In this document: piece after piece, positions 17,234 to 26,372 of the stretch
How positions within the stretch are numbered: the stretch's first letter is position 1
Layout: the number at the start of each line of letters is the position of its first letter
From: a virus
Lineage: Duplodnaviria > Caudoviricetes
Direction: 5' to 3' (one strand)
IMG/VR virus record: IMGVR_UViG_3300016464_000279
Location: 1 to 30,333 of that record
Length of the DNA stretch: 30,333 bases
The notes under the pieces: model-generated
The model's input: only the letters and a program-made list of their open reading frames with translations
The model's database searches: none
Told to the model about the DNA's origin: nothing
Program-made: the position numbers and the translations under genes

Positions 17234-17839
17234 ATGCAGTCACCTTTTGGATCATATCGTGGAGGATACAACGCAATGCCTTCTGGTTGGATGGAGCAAG
17301 CTACTGCTCCTGGCCGAAACTATGCTCAAGCCATTCAGTCCGTTGGTGGTGCGATTGCTGGTGGCATCAACAAGTTCTATGAAGGCAAGCAAATGGCACA
17401 GCAAGGCAAAGCCTCTGCGCCTACCATGATGTCTCAATACGAGCAGGTTTCTCAGGCTACCGGACAGCAGATGGATCCGACCTTGGTTGAGCGATACAAG
17501 TCAATCGACACCATGAGTGGGCCACAGGTTCAACAGTTCAACGAGGATGTAATGGCAGCGCAGCAAAACCAGATGGGTCTTTTCAACCTGCAACGTCAGA
17601 AGCAAGCGATGAATCTTGCCGCTCAAAACCTTGCCCTGCAACGTGCGTCTCAAGGTGTTGCCAACATGATCGGGGCTAGAAACCAACCATCCCTTCCTCA
17701 AGCCGCGCCAATGCCAACTTCTCAACCGAGTTACTCCGCGCCAAGTGCCAGCCAGTACTATTTTGGTGGAATGACTGTCCCAGGGGAACTTCTTGGTGGA
17801 CTTGGCAACAATGGAACCATTCAAATGCTGAACCGATAA
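17234..17839 (+). CDS. Internal virion (ejection) protein
   Basis: Q/A/G/M-rich, low complexity; position. Confidence 0.65.
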   Translation: MQSPFGSYRGGYNAMPSGWMEQATAPGRNYAQAIQSVGGAIAGGINKFYEGKQMAQQGKASAPTMMSQYEQVSQATGQQMDPTLVERYKSIDTMSGPQVQQFNEDVMAAQQNQMGLFNLQRQKQAMNLAAQNLALQRASQGVANMIGARNQPSLPQAAPMPTSQPSYSAPSASQYYFGGMTVPGELLGGLGNNGTIQMLNR

Positions 17840-17851
17840 GCAATACACAGT

Positions 17852-18904
17852 ATGGCAGACCTCTTTCCATCACCCCGTCTTGACAGGTACGCTCAAGATT
17901 TGCTTCAGCAGTCATTTGCTGAACAACCGCTCCAGGTTAGTCCAGACATCCTTGCTCAATACAACCCGAATGCCACACAACTTCAAGTGCAGGCACCGGC
18001 ACCACCTCCGCAGGCTATTCAACAGTATCAGGGACTTCAACCCTCACGGGATCGTCAGGAATACTTCAACCTTGTGCAGCAGAGGTTCAACGAGATCGCC
18101 AATATGGTTGGTGGCATGGATGTCCTTGTGAAGACCGGCAACATGGAGAGAGCAAGGCAGGCAGCGATGGAGGACATTGGGAACATCTACGGAGAACCAC
18201 CCGAAATTCAGCAAGACCCTCGCGTCATTGAAATTGACGGCAATCGCATTGCTGCCGGTGGAGTGTTGAAAACACCTGTTATTCTTCCTTCTGAGCCTGA
18301 AAAACAACAACGTCAGCTTGCTGTTAAGAAAGCTGAAATGGAACTCACCCAAGCCGAGAAGGACGCTATGGATAAACAGTTTGAGCGTGTTAGTAAACTT
18401 CAAACCGGATTAAATCAGTTCGATGAAGGTGTTCGCATCATTGACCAACTTCTTGCCGACCCTCGACTAAAAGAAGGTATTGGTGCAAATGCTTACTTTG
18501 CTCTCCTACCTGCAACCGATGCCCGCGCCATTGCTGGCATGATTAACCAGATTAAAGGGCAGAACTTCCTCAACGCTTACGAGTCGCTGCGAGGAGCCTC
18601 CGGTATTTCCAACATTGAAGGGCAAAAAGCCGAACAGGCCATGGGTCGTGTTGACCAATACTTGAAGGAAAAAGACCTCAGGCAGGCACTTCAAGAACTT
18701 CGCAATCGCTACGATTACGCGAGGCACAAAGCACAACTTGGCTTGCAGTATTTTGGCGTATCTGAAGACCAGCAAACGCAACCCTCTGCGCCACAGATGG
18801 CACCAAGTCCAACTGCGCCCGCTGAACCTGAGCGAATCTCAAGCCCAGGTACCACCCGTGTTTTTCGTGACCCGAAAACCAATCGGTTGATTCCCCAGCA
18901 ATAA
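17852..18904 (+). CDS. Internal virion / DNA transfer protein
   Basis: Coiled coil, then FLNAYESLRGASGISNIEGQKAEQA motif reminiscent of P22 gp20-like ejection proteins. Confidence 0.7.
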   Translation: MADLFPSPRLDRYAQDLLQQSFAEQPLQVSPDILAQYNPNATQLQVQAPAPPPQAIQQYQGLQPSRDRQEYFNLVQQRFNEIANMVGGMDVLVKTGNMERARQAAMEDIGNIYGEPPEIQQDPRVIEIDGNRIAAGGVLKTPVILPSEPEKQQRQLAVKKAEMELTQAEKDAMDKQFERVSKLQTGLNQFDEGVRIIDQLLADPRLKEGIGANAYFALLPATDARAIAGMINQIKGQNFLNAYESLRGASGISNIEGQKAEQAMGRVDQYLKEKDLRQALQELRNRYDYARHKAQLGLQYFGVSEDQQTQPSAPQMAPSPTAPAEPERISSPGTTRVFRDPKTNRLIPQQ

Positions 18905-18905
18905 T

Positions 18906-21900
18906 ATGCCTAAACAAGTCTTCATTGAGTCTCGCAATCAAACTCTTGAATTTCCTGATGATGCGACTCAGGAGGAAATCTATGATTTCATTGCAGCAGA
19001 GTTTCCTCGCACAGGTGAGGACGTTGCCTATGATATGTCCAAGATGGGCAGCGTTGCTGACGTTCGTGACTTCATTGCCGCTATCCCTGATGAAGACTAT
19101 GTAAAGCTCAACAACTACCGTGCCGACAAGAAGTTGTCATGGGGTGAGCTTGCTGGCATCTCTGGTGAAGCAATCGGCACCATTGTTGGCGATGTGGTTA
19201 AAGGGGTCAAATCTGCCGTCACTGAAGCCGGTGAAGGCGTTCTTGAGTCCGCTGCCAGAGGCGTTGGTGCCGGAACCGTTGACCTTGTGAACTTGGCTCA
19301 GAAACTGGTCAAGCCTAGCGACCGCATCCCAGAGTTGAGTGAGTTCGTTGGAAAGCCAATCACCAGGCTTGTTGATGCGCCCCAGCAACCCGGTGCGGGT
19401 TTCATGGCTTTTGCGCTTCCCTCCGAAGAAGAAGGGCTGGCCAATGAAAGCGATTACCGCGACCTGATTAACCGTGAAAGACTCAAGGAACTTGAATCCC
19501 TTGACCTCGCAGAAGCGTCAGAAAACCTCATAAAAGGCGCACCCGTTGAGGAAGTTGCCAGAGGTGCTTCATATCTTGATGCACTGACACTTGGTGGTTT
19601 GGCTAAGAACATCGCAAAGAGTGGTGTTAAAACCATCTTCAAGAAGACGGCACAAGCACCAATCTCTACTGCCGCCGGGACGACTCCGAAAGTCATTCCA
19701 GGTGCTGCTGCTACCGCAACCATTGAGAGTGGCGAGTCTGTCATTCCCGCTGCCATGCGCCAGAACGCTGAAGCGTTTGCCGCCAAGGTTGGCGAAGGCG
19801 CAAAGAAAGCCGGTCTGACTGGTGTGCAACTTGGTGCTGGCACTGTAAAGGGTGCCGCAGACCTTGGTAAAGCCGTTATTGATACGGCTGGCAAGTTTGG
19901 TTTGAGCGATGCAGGCGTTCGTGGTGCAATCGGTGCAGCAGTCGGTTACAATGAAGGTGGAACGCAAGGTGCCATTACTGGCGCAGTTGTCGGAAGCGTA
20001 GTTCCCAAGGTCGCCCGTGCTGGCCTTGCAGGCGTTTCCCGCACTGCCGACTTCATCGGTGCCGCCGCGAAGGTTGCCAAGACCGGCCCATCTCGCACAG
20101 GCATCTTTGAGAAGATGGCGCAGGCTACCAACATCAGCCCTGAAGCTCGGAAACTTGCTGAGAAGGTGCTTTTCACGCAACCTTTTGTTCAATACGCTTC
20201 GGAATCTGTTCGACAGGCATCACAGCGTGCATTGATTGGCGCACCAATCGGTGCCGCTATCGGTTACGCAACGGATGGCGAAGAGGGAGCAGCAGCAGGA
20301 TTTGGGGCAGGCATTGGCATCTCTGCCATTGGTGGTGGTTTTGATGCCTCCATTGATGCCGTAAGGGAAATTGCGGGACGTTCCACTGCTCGTTCTCAGC
20401 GCAACGCCATTGGCGACATCAAGAGTTTTGTTAACGACATCACAGACGACAAGGCCAGGGCAGACTATGCCGAGGTCATGGATCAGGCTATCAAGTTGGC
20501 TGGGCCAGAACGTGCTGCCGATATGCTCGATGCTCTACGGTTGGCTGAGTCCATGGGAGCAAACGTGCAGGTCGTTCCGCCATCGCAGCGCAAGAACGTC
20601 TTCAACTCGTTCTCCTATGATGGCACCAACGGTGGAACCATCACCATCAACCCTGACCGGATGACTCAAGGGACGGTTTCCCATGAGGTCTTCCATCAGC
20701 TTTTCAATGTTGGCGTGAAGGCTGAACTGCAAAAAGCTTTGCGTGAGGTCTATCTTCCTACCCGTGACGCAGACGGCAACATCATCAAACCAGGTCTGTA
20801 TGATGACGCTGAGTTTGCAAAGAAGGCAGCAGAACTTGCAGAACGCTACAAGAACAATCCCAAAGGCTACAAAAACGCACTAGAAGTGCAGTCCGTCTTG
20901 GAGAATCCAGCAGGATATAGCGAAGCAGCACTGGATAACGCTAGGTCGTTCGTCATTGACGAGATGACTGCCGAGTATGCTGAAGCGTTTATGGGTCGTT
21001 CTCGTCCCGGCGTGTTCAATCCTGACCGACTTCCACTTTGGCACCGCAAGCTGTTGCAGCAGATTGATGATCGGTTGTTGAACACCATCAACGACAAGTT
21101 GTATGCCAATCGCAACATCAAAGACCCAACGGTTGCATTTACTGACGAGCAGGGCAAGCCTGTTCGTGTTCCGCAACTGGACAATGTTCTGAAGCGTGCT
21201 TTTGCGAACAAGATGGGACGTGAGAAAGGCCAGGTTGCAGGCAAGACTGAGAAGGTGCAGCAAGTTGTCATTCCCAACAAGCCCCGCGAGTTGCTCATCT
21301 TTGCCAATGCTACGTTTGGAGCTACCCGTGACGTTCTTGGAACCGATGAGAATGGCAACCCTCGCATCCTGACACCGCAGGAACAGAAAGCCGTTACTGC
21401 TGCCGACTTCGATGAAGCAAAGGCGTTGTTCCAAACTTTGACGAATGACGAAAGGCAGACCGTCAAGGTGACCAACAAGGTTGGAGAACCTGTCGATGTA
21501 AACCAACCTGGCGCACGCATTCAAATCACCTCGCAAACGCCCGAAAGCGTCTTTGAGAAGTTCCTGGCAGTGGCGAAGAGCAGAGGTATGGGCAACCAGC
21601 AACTTGCCAATATGCGCCAGTTGTTCGCCTCTATGATCGCCAATGAGGGGCCAACCTTCAACACAGTGAACAACCCGGTTTATCAGTTCGACAAGAGAAC
21701 CGGAACAATGAAGGCAAAGGTGCGTCCTCCGACTCGCCAGGAGATTTATCCGACTGCGATCACCGTCAACTCTGCCGGTGGTTTCAACGTCGAATACATT
21801 GACATCAGCAGAGTCAAAGCAAACGCCCAGAAGATCCTTCAGAACCCGAAATACAAGGGAGTCTGGACGGACTTGGATAGCTTCATGAATGACTTTGGGC

Positions 21901-24900
21901 GCAGCATGAGGAACCTTTCGACTGAAAATCCTATTCCAAGTGCCGAATTGCTTGGGAATGGCAATGCCAAGATTGGAGCGATTAAGCGCGACCTGATTGC
22001 AGAGTCGATGAACGTCACCTTGCCAAAGCGACTGGCAGAAAAAGGCTACGTCAATGAACCGGTCATTGACCCCCTTACTCTATTTACTAGCCAAGGCAAA
22101 GAACGCCGAGTTGGTGGCAGTGCCTTCCGCGACTTCCGTATTGAGCGACTGACTGAAGTGAGTCCTACCACGGAACGCTTGAAGATGGTCAAGGAAAACG
22201 CATACGAGAACATTGTGCGCCGTTTCCAACCCGATGCATTCACCCGCGAGACTCTGCCCAACGGTGAGGCAATGACCAACCCTGACGGATACCGCATCCT
22301 CAAGAAGACTGGCAGCAGTCTGTTCCGTGTCTATGACGACAAGGGTGAACTCATCGGCGTTGCCAAGAATGAGCTTGGCGCAATGCGGATGGCACAACGT
22401 AAGTTCATTGACGGATGGCATGGCAGTCCGCACAACTTCATGCGCTTCATGACGCAGAAGATTGGCACTGGTGAAGGAGCGCAGGCTTATGGATATGGGC
22501 TTTACATTGCTGAGGATAAAGGTGTGGCGCGTGGATACCAAGAAACACTTGCGGGAACTCGTTTGCGCCTTGCCGATGGTTCATTTGCTGATGAAAAAGC
22601 GTCTACCCCAGGTGCCAGAAAGATTCTACAGGAAGCACGCGCTACGTGGAACAGCATCGGTGATTTGTCCAAGTTCCGTCAAAATCTCCTGTCTACTCAA
22701 TTACAGGCGCGTGCGTGGGCAAAACAGGGCTATTCTACTGAAAGAAATCTGCAATACGTTGCTGATGTTGACGAGGTTCTTCGGCTCATTTCTGAGTCTA
22801 CACCCGAAAGTACAGGTTCCCTCTACCGAGTCCAACTCAACGTCCTGCCAGAGCAGTTGCTCGACTGGGATAAGCCGTTGAGCGAGCAGAGTGAAAAGGT
22901 GCGCGATGCTTTTCGAAAATGGTTGGGCAATGACACAGAAGCCTTTGATGCGATTCAAACGCAAACTGGGGGTGAATGGTATGGGCAATGGGAAAACCAA
23001 TCTCGTGCAAAATTCAAATCGGAAATGCTCGCTTCCATGGGCATTCCCGGCATCCGTTACCTCGACGGTGGCAGTCGTTTTACTGGCGAAGGCACCCACA
23101 ACTACGTCATCTTCGACGATGGCCTGATTCGCATCCTTGATCGCAACGGCAAGCCCGTTGGCAAGCGTCTATTCCGCGACGTTGCCGAGGAAGGCTACAA
23201 CGTGAGGTTCCAGCCGGAAGCTGAAGATGCCGTGTATCGCAAGATCATGGCGAAGTATGACGGTTGGAAAAGCACCGATGTCCTTGCACCGCAACCGGGT
23301 CAAGTGAACCCAAGACCGTATTCTCCCATCGTCAAAGACCTGTTGATCCGAAAGGACTCTGGAGAGGACATTCCTGACTATGTCATTGCACGTGCAATCG
23401 ACGAACACTTCCAGTCGAAGAAGATTGATCCCAACAACCTCAACCTTCCATCTCAAGAAAAGGTGCTTGAGACGATCAACTCTAGACAACGAACGACGCA
23501 TGAAGAAACCATCCAAATGGGACCACCAGAACCTGGGACTCCCATAACTGCTCGACAGGACGTTCCGTCTTTCAAGATGAAAGGCATCGGAGTCACGACA
23601 ACGGAATTCAAGAAGGGTGGAAAATCCGGCACACTGTATCTACCATCAGTTAGATACACCGACCCTGTGTTCAGCACCACAGAGAAAAAGGAACAATTTG
23701 CGAGAGCAATCGCAAAGCAGGAAAAGGATAAAGGCCCAGCTATCAAAATCGATGGCAAGTGGTCTGGTGATCAAAGCATCCCTGCTGACTTGGAGAACTG
23801 GACGCAGGTTGGATTCAACCCTGACCGTCACTCATACTACTACGAAAAGGGAACCAACAAGCAGGTGTTCTCTGGCGATGAAGCGTTCCAGATTGGCAAC
23901 ACTGTCTTTGTTAAGAATCCAAACTTTGAGCCTCCTGCTGATTTTCAGCCTTCTGAGTTCCGCTTCCAACCCTCTAGCCTAACCTCTAGAGACATCAACA
24001 CCATTGCCAATGAGGTTGGTGGTGGAGAGGTTAAGGGGGGCGCAAAGAAGTTTGGTGCCTTTATGCGCCAGATGCGCGACAAGGGGATTACGCTTCGTGA
24101 TGTTGTGAAGTCTTATGGCATCACCGTGTCGTCTATTAACCGAAAACAAATACCTGCACAAAGCATCAAAAAGGCTTGGCCTGATGCACCGTTCAAGGAT
24201 GGTGAAGATGTTCGTCCAGAAGACGCTTTCGCAACTCTGCTTGGAACCAAAGAAGGACAAGAGTATCTCAACTCTGCTGAGAGGGGAGAATTTAATGAAC
24301 CTGCTGCTGATGCCATGATGCAGAAGTTCAGACCATTTGGGTTGCACAACACCTTGAAGAAGTATTTGAAGAATGCTGCCGAGGAGTTTTTCCCAAAAGC
24401 TCAGTCTATCATTGATGCGGTCAACAATATGCCCACAGAGCAGTTTGCTGACTTTATTCCGAAAAACATCAAGGGTGTTAAACATGGCAAGGTTGGGTTT
24501 TTTGCTGGACACTTGGGAAGGGGCGATCTGCCAACCTTTGACTCCAGAATGGGAAATCTTGTATATGGGGAAAGAGTTAAGGTGACCAAGAAGGTTCTGA
24601 TGGATCAGAGAGATCGTCTGACTCAGCTTGGCATCACTGTCCCCGATGAGTACAAGGACTTCGCGCAAACCCTGTTGCACCATGAGGTTTGGGATCGTCT
24701 GAACCAGACCGACACAGAACACGCGCCAATCAAGCAAGCGATGCTGCTCTTCCAGCCAGACACCGCTTCCCCGTCCATCCTGAACGGCAGCAACGGCACC
24801 AGGATCATCAAGTCACCTTCCGGCAAGTTCCGAGTCTACTCTGTCACCGGAACCCTGCTGGGCATCCGTGACACTGAGCAAGCCGCGAAGAAGCTCGCAA

Positions 24901-24908
24901 CCAAATAA
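18906..24908 (+). CDS. Giant polyvalent ejection protein (zincin metallopeptidase, ART-like and further domains)
   Basis: 2000 aa; N-terminal EFPDDAT; Gly/Ala hydrophobic region; HEVFH at 20682 plus DEMTAE; WHGSPH...GEGAQAYGYGLY...NYVIFD. Confidence 0.85.
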   Translation: MPKQVFIESRNQTLEFPDDATQEEIYDFIAAEFPRTGEDVAYDMSKMGSVADVRDFIAAIPDEDYVKLNNYRADKKLSWGELAGISGEAIGTIVGDVVKGVKSAVTEAGEGVLESAARGVGAGTVDLVNLAQKLVKPSDRIPELSEFVGKPITRLVDAPQQPGAGFMAFALPSEEEGLANESDYRDLINRERLKELESLDLAEASENLIKGAPVEEVARGASYLDALTLGGLAKNIAKSGVKTIFKKTAQAPISTAAGTTPKVIPGAAATATIESGESVIPAAMRQNAEAFAAKVGEGAKKAGLTGVQLGAGTVKGAADLGKAVIDTAGKFGLSDAGVRGAIGAAVGYNEGGTQGAITGAVVGSVVPKVARAGLAGVSRTADFIGAAAKVAKTGPSRTGIFEKMAQATNISPEARKLAEKVLFTQPFVQYASESVRQASQRALIGAPIGAAIGYATDGEEGAAAGFGAGIGISAIGGGFDASIDAVREIAGRSTARSQRNAIGDIKSFVNDITDDKARADYAEVMDQAIKLAGPERAADMLDALRLAESMGANVQVVPPSQRKNVFNSFSYDGTNGGTITINPDRMTQGTVSHEVFHQLFNVGVKAELQKALREVYLPTRDADGNIIKPGLYDDAEFAKKAAELAERYKNNPKGYKNALEVQSVLENPAGYSEAALDNARSFVIDEMTAEYAEAFMGRSRPGVFNPDRLPLWHRKLLQQIDDRLLNTINDKLYANRNIKDPTVAFTDEQGKPVRVPQLDNVLKRAFANKMGREKGQVAGKTEKVQQVVIPNKPRELLIFANATFGATRDVLGTDENGNPRILTPQEQKAVTAADFDEAKALFQTLTNDERQTVKVTNKVGEPVDVNQPGARIQITSQTPESVFEKFLAVAKSRGMGNQQLANMRQLFASMIANEGPTFNTVNNPVYQFDKRTGTMKAKVRPPTRQEIYPTAITVNSAGGFNVEYIDISRVKANAQKILQNPKYKGVWTDLDSFMNDFGRSMRNLSTENPIPSAELLGNGNAKIGAIKRDLIAESMNVTLPKRLAEKGYVNEPVIDPLTLFTSQGKERRVGGSAFRDFRIERLTEVSPTTERLKMVKENAYENIVRRFQPDAFTRETLPNGEAMTNPDGYRILKKTGSSLFRVYDDKGELIGVAKNELGAMRMAQRKFIDGWHGSPHNFMRFMTQKIGTGEGAQAYGYGLYIAEDKGVARGYQETLAGTRLRLADGSFADEKASTPGARKILQEARATWNSIGDLSKFRQNLLSTQLQARAWAKQGYSTERNLQYVADVDEVLRLISESTPESTGSLYRVQLNVLPEQLLDWDKPLSEQSEKVRDAFRKWLGNDTEAFDAIQTQTGGEWYGQWENQSRAKFKSEMLASMGIPGIRYLDGGSRFTGEGTHNYVIFDDGLIRILDRNGKPVGKRLFRDVAEEGYNVRFQPEAEDAVYRKIMAKYDGWKSTDVLAPQPGQVNPRPYSPIVKDLLIRKDSGEDIPDYVIARAIDEHFQSKKIDPNNLNLPSQEKVLETINSRQRTTHEETIQMGPPEPGTPITARQDVPSFKMKGIGVTTTEFKKGGKSGTLYLPSVRYTDPVFSTTEKKEQFARAIAKQEKDKGPAIKIDGKWSGDQSIPADLENWTQVGFNPDRHSYYYEKGTNKQVFSGDEAFQIGNTVFVKNPNFEPPADFQPSEFRFQPSSLTSRDINTIANEVGGGEVKGGAKKFGAFMRQMRDKGITLRDVVKSYGITVSSINRKQIPAQSIKKAWPDAPFKDGEDVRPEDAFATLLGTKEGQEYLNSAERGEFNEPAADAMMQKFRPFGLHNTLKKYLKNAAEEFFPKAQSIIDAVNNMPTEQFADFIPKNIKGVKHGKVGFFAGHLGRGDLPTFDSRMGNLVYGERVKVTKKVLMDQRDRLTQLGITVPDEYKDFAQTLLHHEVWDRLNQTDTEHAPIKQAMLLFQPDTASPSILNGSNGTRIIKSPSGKFRVYSVTGTLLGIRDTEQAAKKLATK

Positions 24909-24919
24909 CCCGCACCGCC

Positions 24920-25063
24920 ATGCCACTAATCAAAGGATACTCCGACAAGTCGTTCTCCAAGAACATCAAGACCGAGATGAAGCGAGGCAAGCCTCAGAAG
25001 CAAGCTATCGCTATCGCTTACGCTACTCAGAAAGCCGCACTGAAGAAAGCCGGGAAAAAGTAA
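24920..25063 (+). CDS. Small basic protein (DUF6496-like), 47 aa
   Basis: Read manually: MPLIKGYSDKSFSKNIKTEMKRGKPQKQAIAIAYATQKAALKKAGKK. Confidence 0.8.
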   Translation: MPLIKGYSDKSFSKNIKTEMKRGKPQKQAIAIAYATQKAALKKAGKK

Positions 25064-25100
25064 CTTGACGATTATTAATCCTGCCTAAATTCCCGCACGA

Positions 25101-25835
25101 ATGAAGAAGTTCATCTTCGCAACTGACTTGCACGGGGATCGGCAGAACGCCGAGGTCGTCCAGGTTCTCAAGGCTTTCACCAAGGAGTTCAAGCCGGACT
25201 ATAAGGTGTTCGGTGGTGACTTGTTCGACCTTCGACCTTTGCGTCGAGGAGCATCTGCCGAGGAGCAATGCGAAACGATGCAGGACGACTGGAATGCTGG
25301 TAATGACTTCCTGCATTCATGGAAGCCGACTCACCTGCTGATGGGTAACCATGACGACCGCTTGTTTGAACTCGCAGAGAACAGCACAGCAGGAGTGAAG
25401 GCAGACTACGCTCGCAAGCTATGCGGTGACTTGGAGAATACACTGCGTAAGTTACACTGTGACTGGCGACCCTATCACAAACGCAAGGGTGTCTTCAGCT
25501 TCGGTCGTCTGAATATGCTGCACGGATACCACCACGGTGTCTACGCTGCACGACAGCACGCTGCGATCTATGGGTCATGCCTGTTTGGTCACATTCATGC
25601 ATTCGATGCGCATACCTTCGGAACTTTTGCAGAACGCAAAACCGCATACTCGTCTGGCGGACTCCTAGACGTTGATCAAGAATACAACAAACGACATACA
25701 TCCTCACTACGACATGAAACCGGATTCCTCTACGGACTGCTCCTGGACAACGGAGATTTCACCGTCCAAGAAGCACGCAAAGTCAACGGTGGCTGGCACC
25801 TCTGCACCAGCTTCCGACGTTTCGAACTGGCTTAA
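25101..25835 (+). CDS. Calcineurin-like metallophosphoesterase
   Basis: DLH, GDLFD, GNHD, HG and GHIH motifs in canonical order. Confidence 0.92.
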   Translation: MKKFIFATDLHGDRQNAEVVQVLKAFTKEFKPDYKVFGGDLFDLRPLRRGASAEEQCETMQDDWNAGNDFLHSWKPTHLLMGNHDDRLFELAENSTAGVKADYARKLCGDLENTLRKLHCDWRPYHKRKGVFSFGRLNMLHGYHHGVYAARQHAAIYGSCLFGHIHAFDAHTFGTFAERKTAYSSGGLLDVDQEYNKRHTSSLRHETGFLYGLLLDNGDFTVQEARKVNGGWHLCTSFRRFELA

Positions 25836-26046
25836 AGCACTCAATGCTCCTGCACCACAGGAGACTCCCGGTGAGGAATGGAAGTCGGTGCATGAGCTTC
25901 AACTCATCCTGGGGCTGAAGCGAGCAGCAACGCAAGCCAGGTTGATCGACGGCATCAAGAAAGGCCGCGTCGAGAAGAAGCTGTTCCGCGTCACCCGCAG
26001 CGACGGTGCTGTCCACCACGTTCCGCACTATCGAGTGATTGCGTGA
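25789..26046 (+). CDS. Small winged-helix-like protein
   Basis: WKSVHELQLILGLKRAATQARL...GRVEKKLFRV...PHYR; start uncertain (GTG 25789 chosen within ORF 25672..26046). Confidence 0.6.
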   Translation: MAGTSAPASDVSNWLKALNAPAPQETPGEEWKSVHELQLILGLKRAATQARLIDGIKKGRVEKKLFRVTRSDGAVHHVPHYRVIA

Positions 26047-26055
26047 AAAAAGTGT

Positions 26056-26085
26056 TTGACGGTCTGAAAAGCCTGCTCTAGAAGT
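26056..26085 (+). promoter_or_regulatory. Putative promoter of recombination operon
   Basis: A-tract, TTGACG, 17 nt, TAGAAG(T); -10 is imperfect. Confidence 0.45.
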
Positions 26086-26112
26086 GCGCTGCCTCACACA
26101 AGGCATCACAAC

Positions 26113-26352
26113 ATGACACGCAAACGCAACACCAAAGTTGGTCGGAACTCCGACCGCATCACCGACAACGTGACGGCATTCCGTCGTGAACTGGAACGTC
26201 GTCAGGACGTTTCGGAAACAATTCCCGCCGACTACGAGCAGGGAGCAAGCAAACTGGCAGCATTCCGCCGCTTCCAAGCGGTCATGGATGCGGTTCTGGC
26301 GCTCATCGTCTTCACCGTCGTTGGCGTCGGTCTGGCCGGATTCTTCATGTAA
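26113..26352 (+). CDS. Small protein with C-terminal transmembrane helix
   Basis: Basic N-terminus; VLALIVFTVVGVGLAGFFM C-terminus. Confidence 0.7.
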   Translation: MTRKRNTKVGRNSDRITDNVTAFRRELERRQDVSETIPADYEQGASKLAAFRRFQAVMDAVLALIVFTVVGVGLAGFFM

Positions 26353-26372
26353 ACCACAACACGCAAAACAAC

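Noticed and set aside
25065-25091. TTGACG...TAAATT promoter before the metallophosphoesterase
   Set aside because: Spacer is only 15 nt; plausible but too weak to list as a feature
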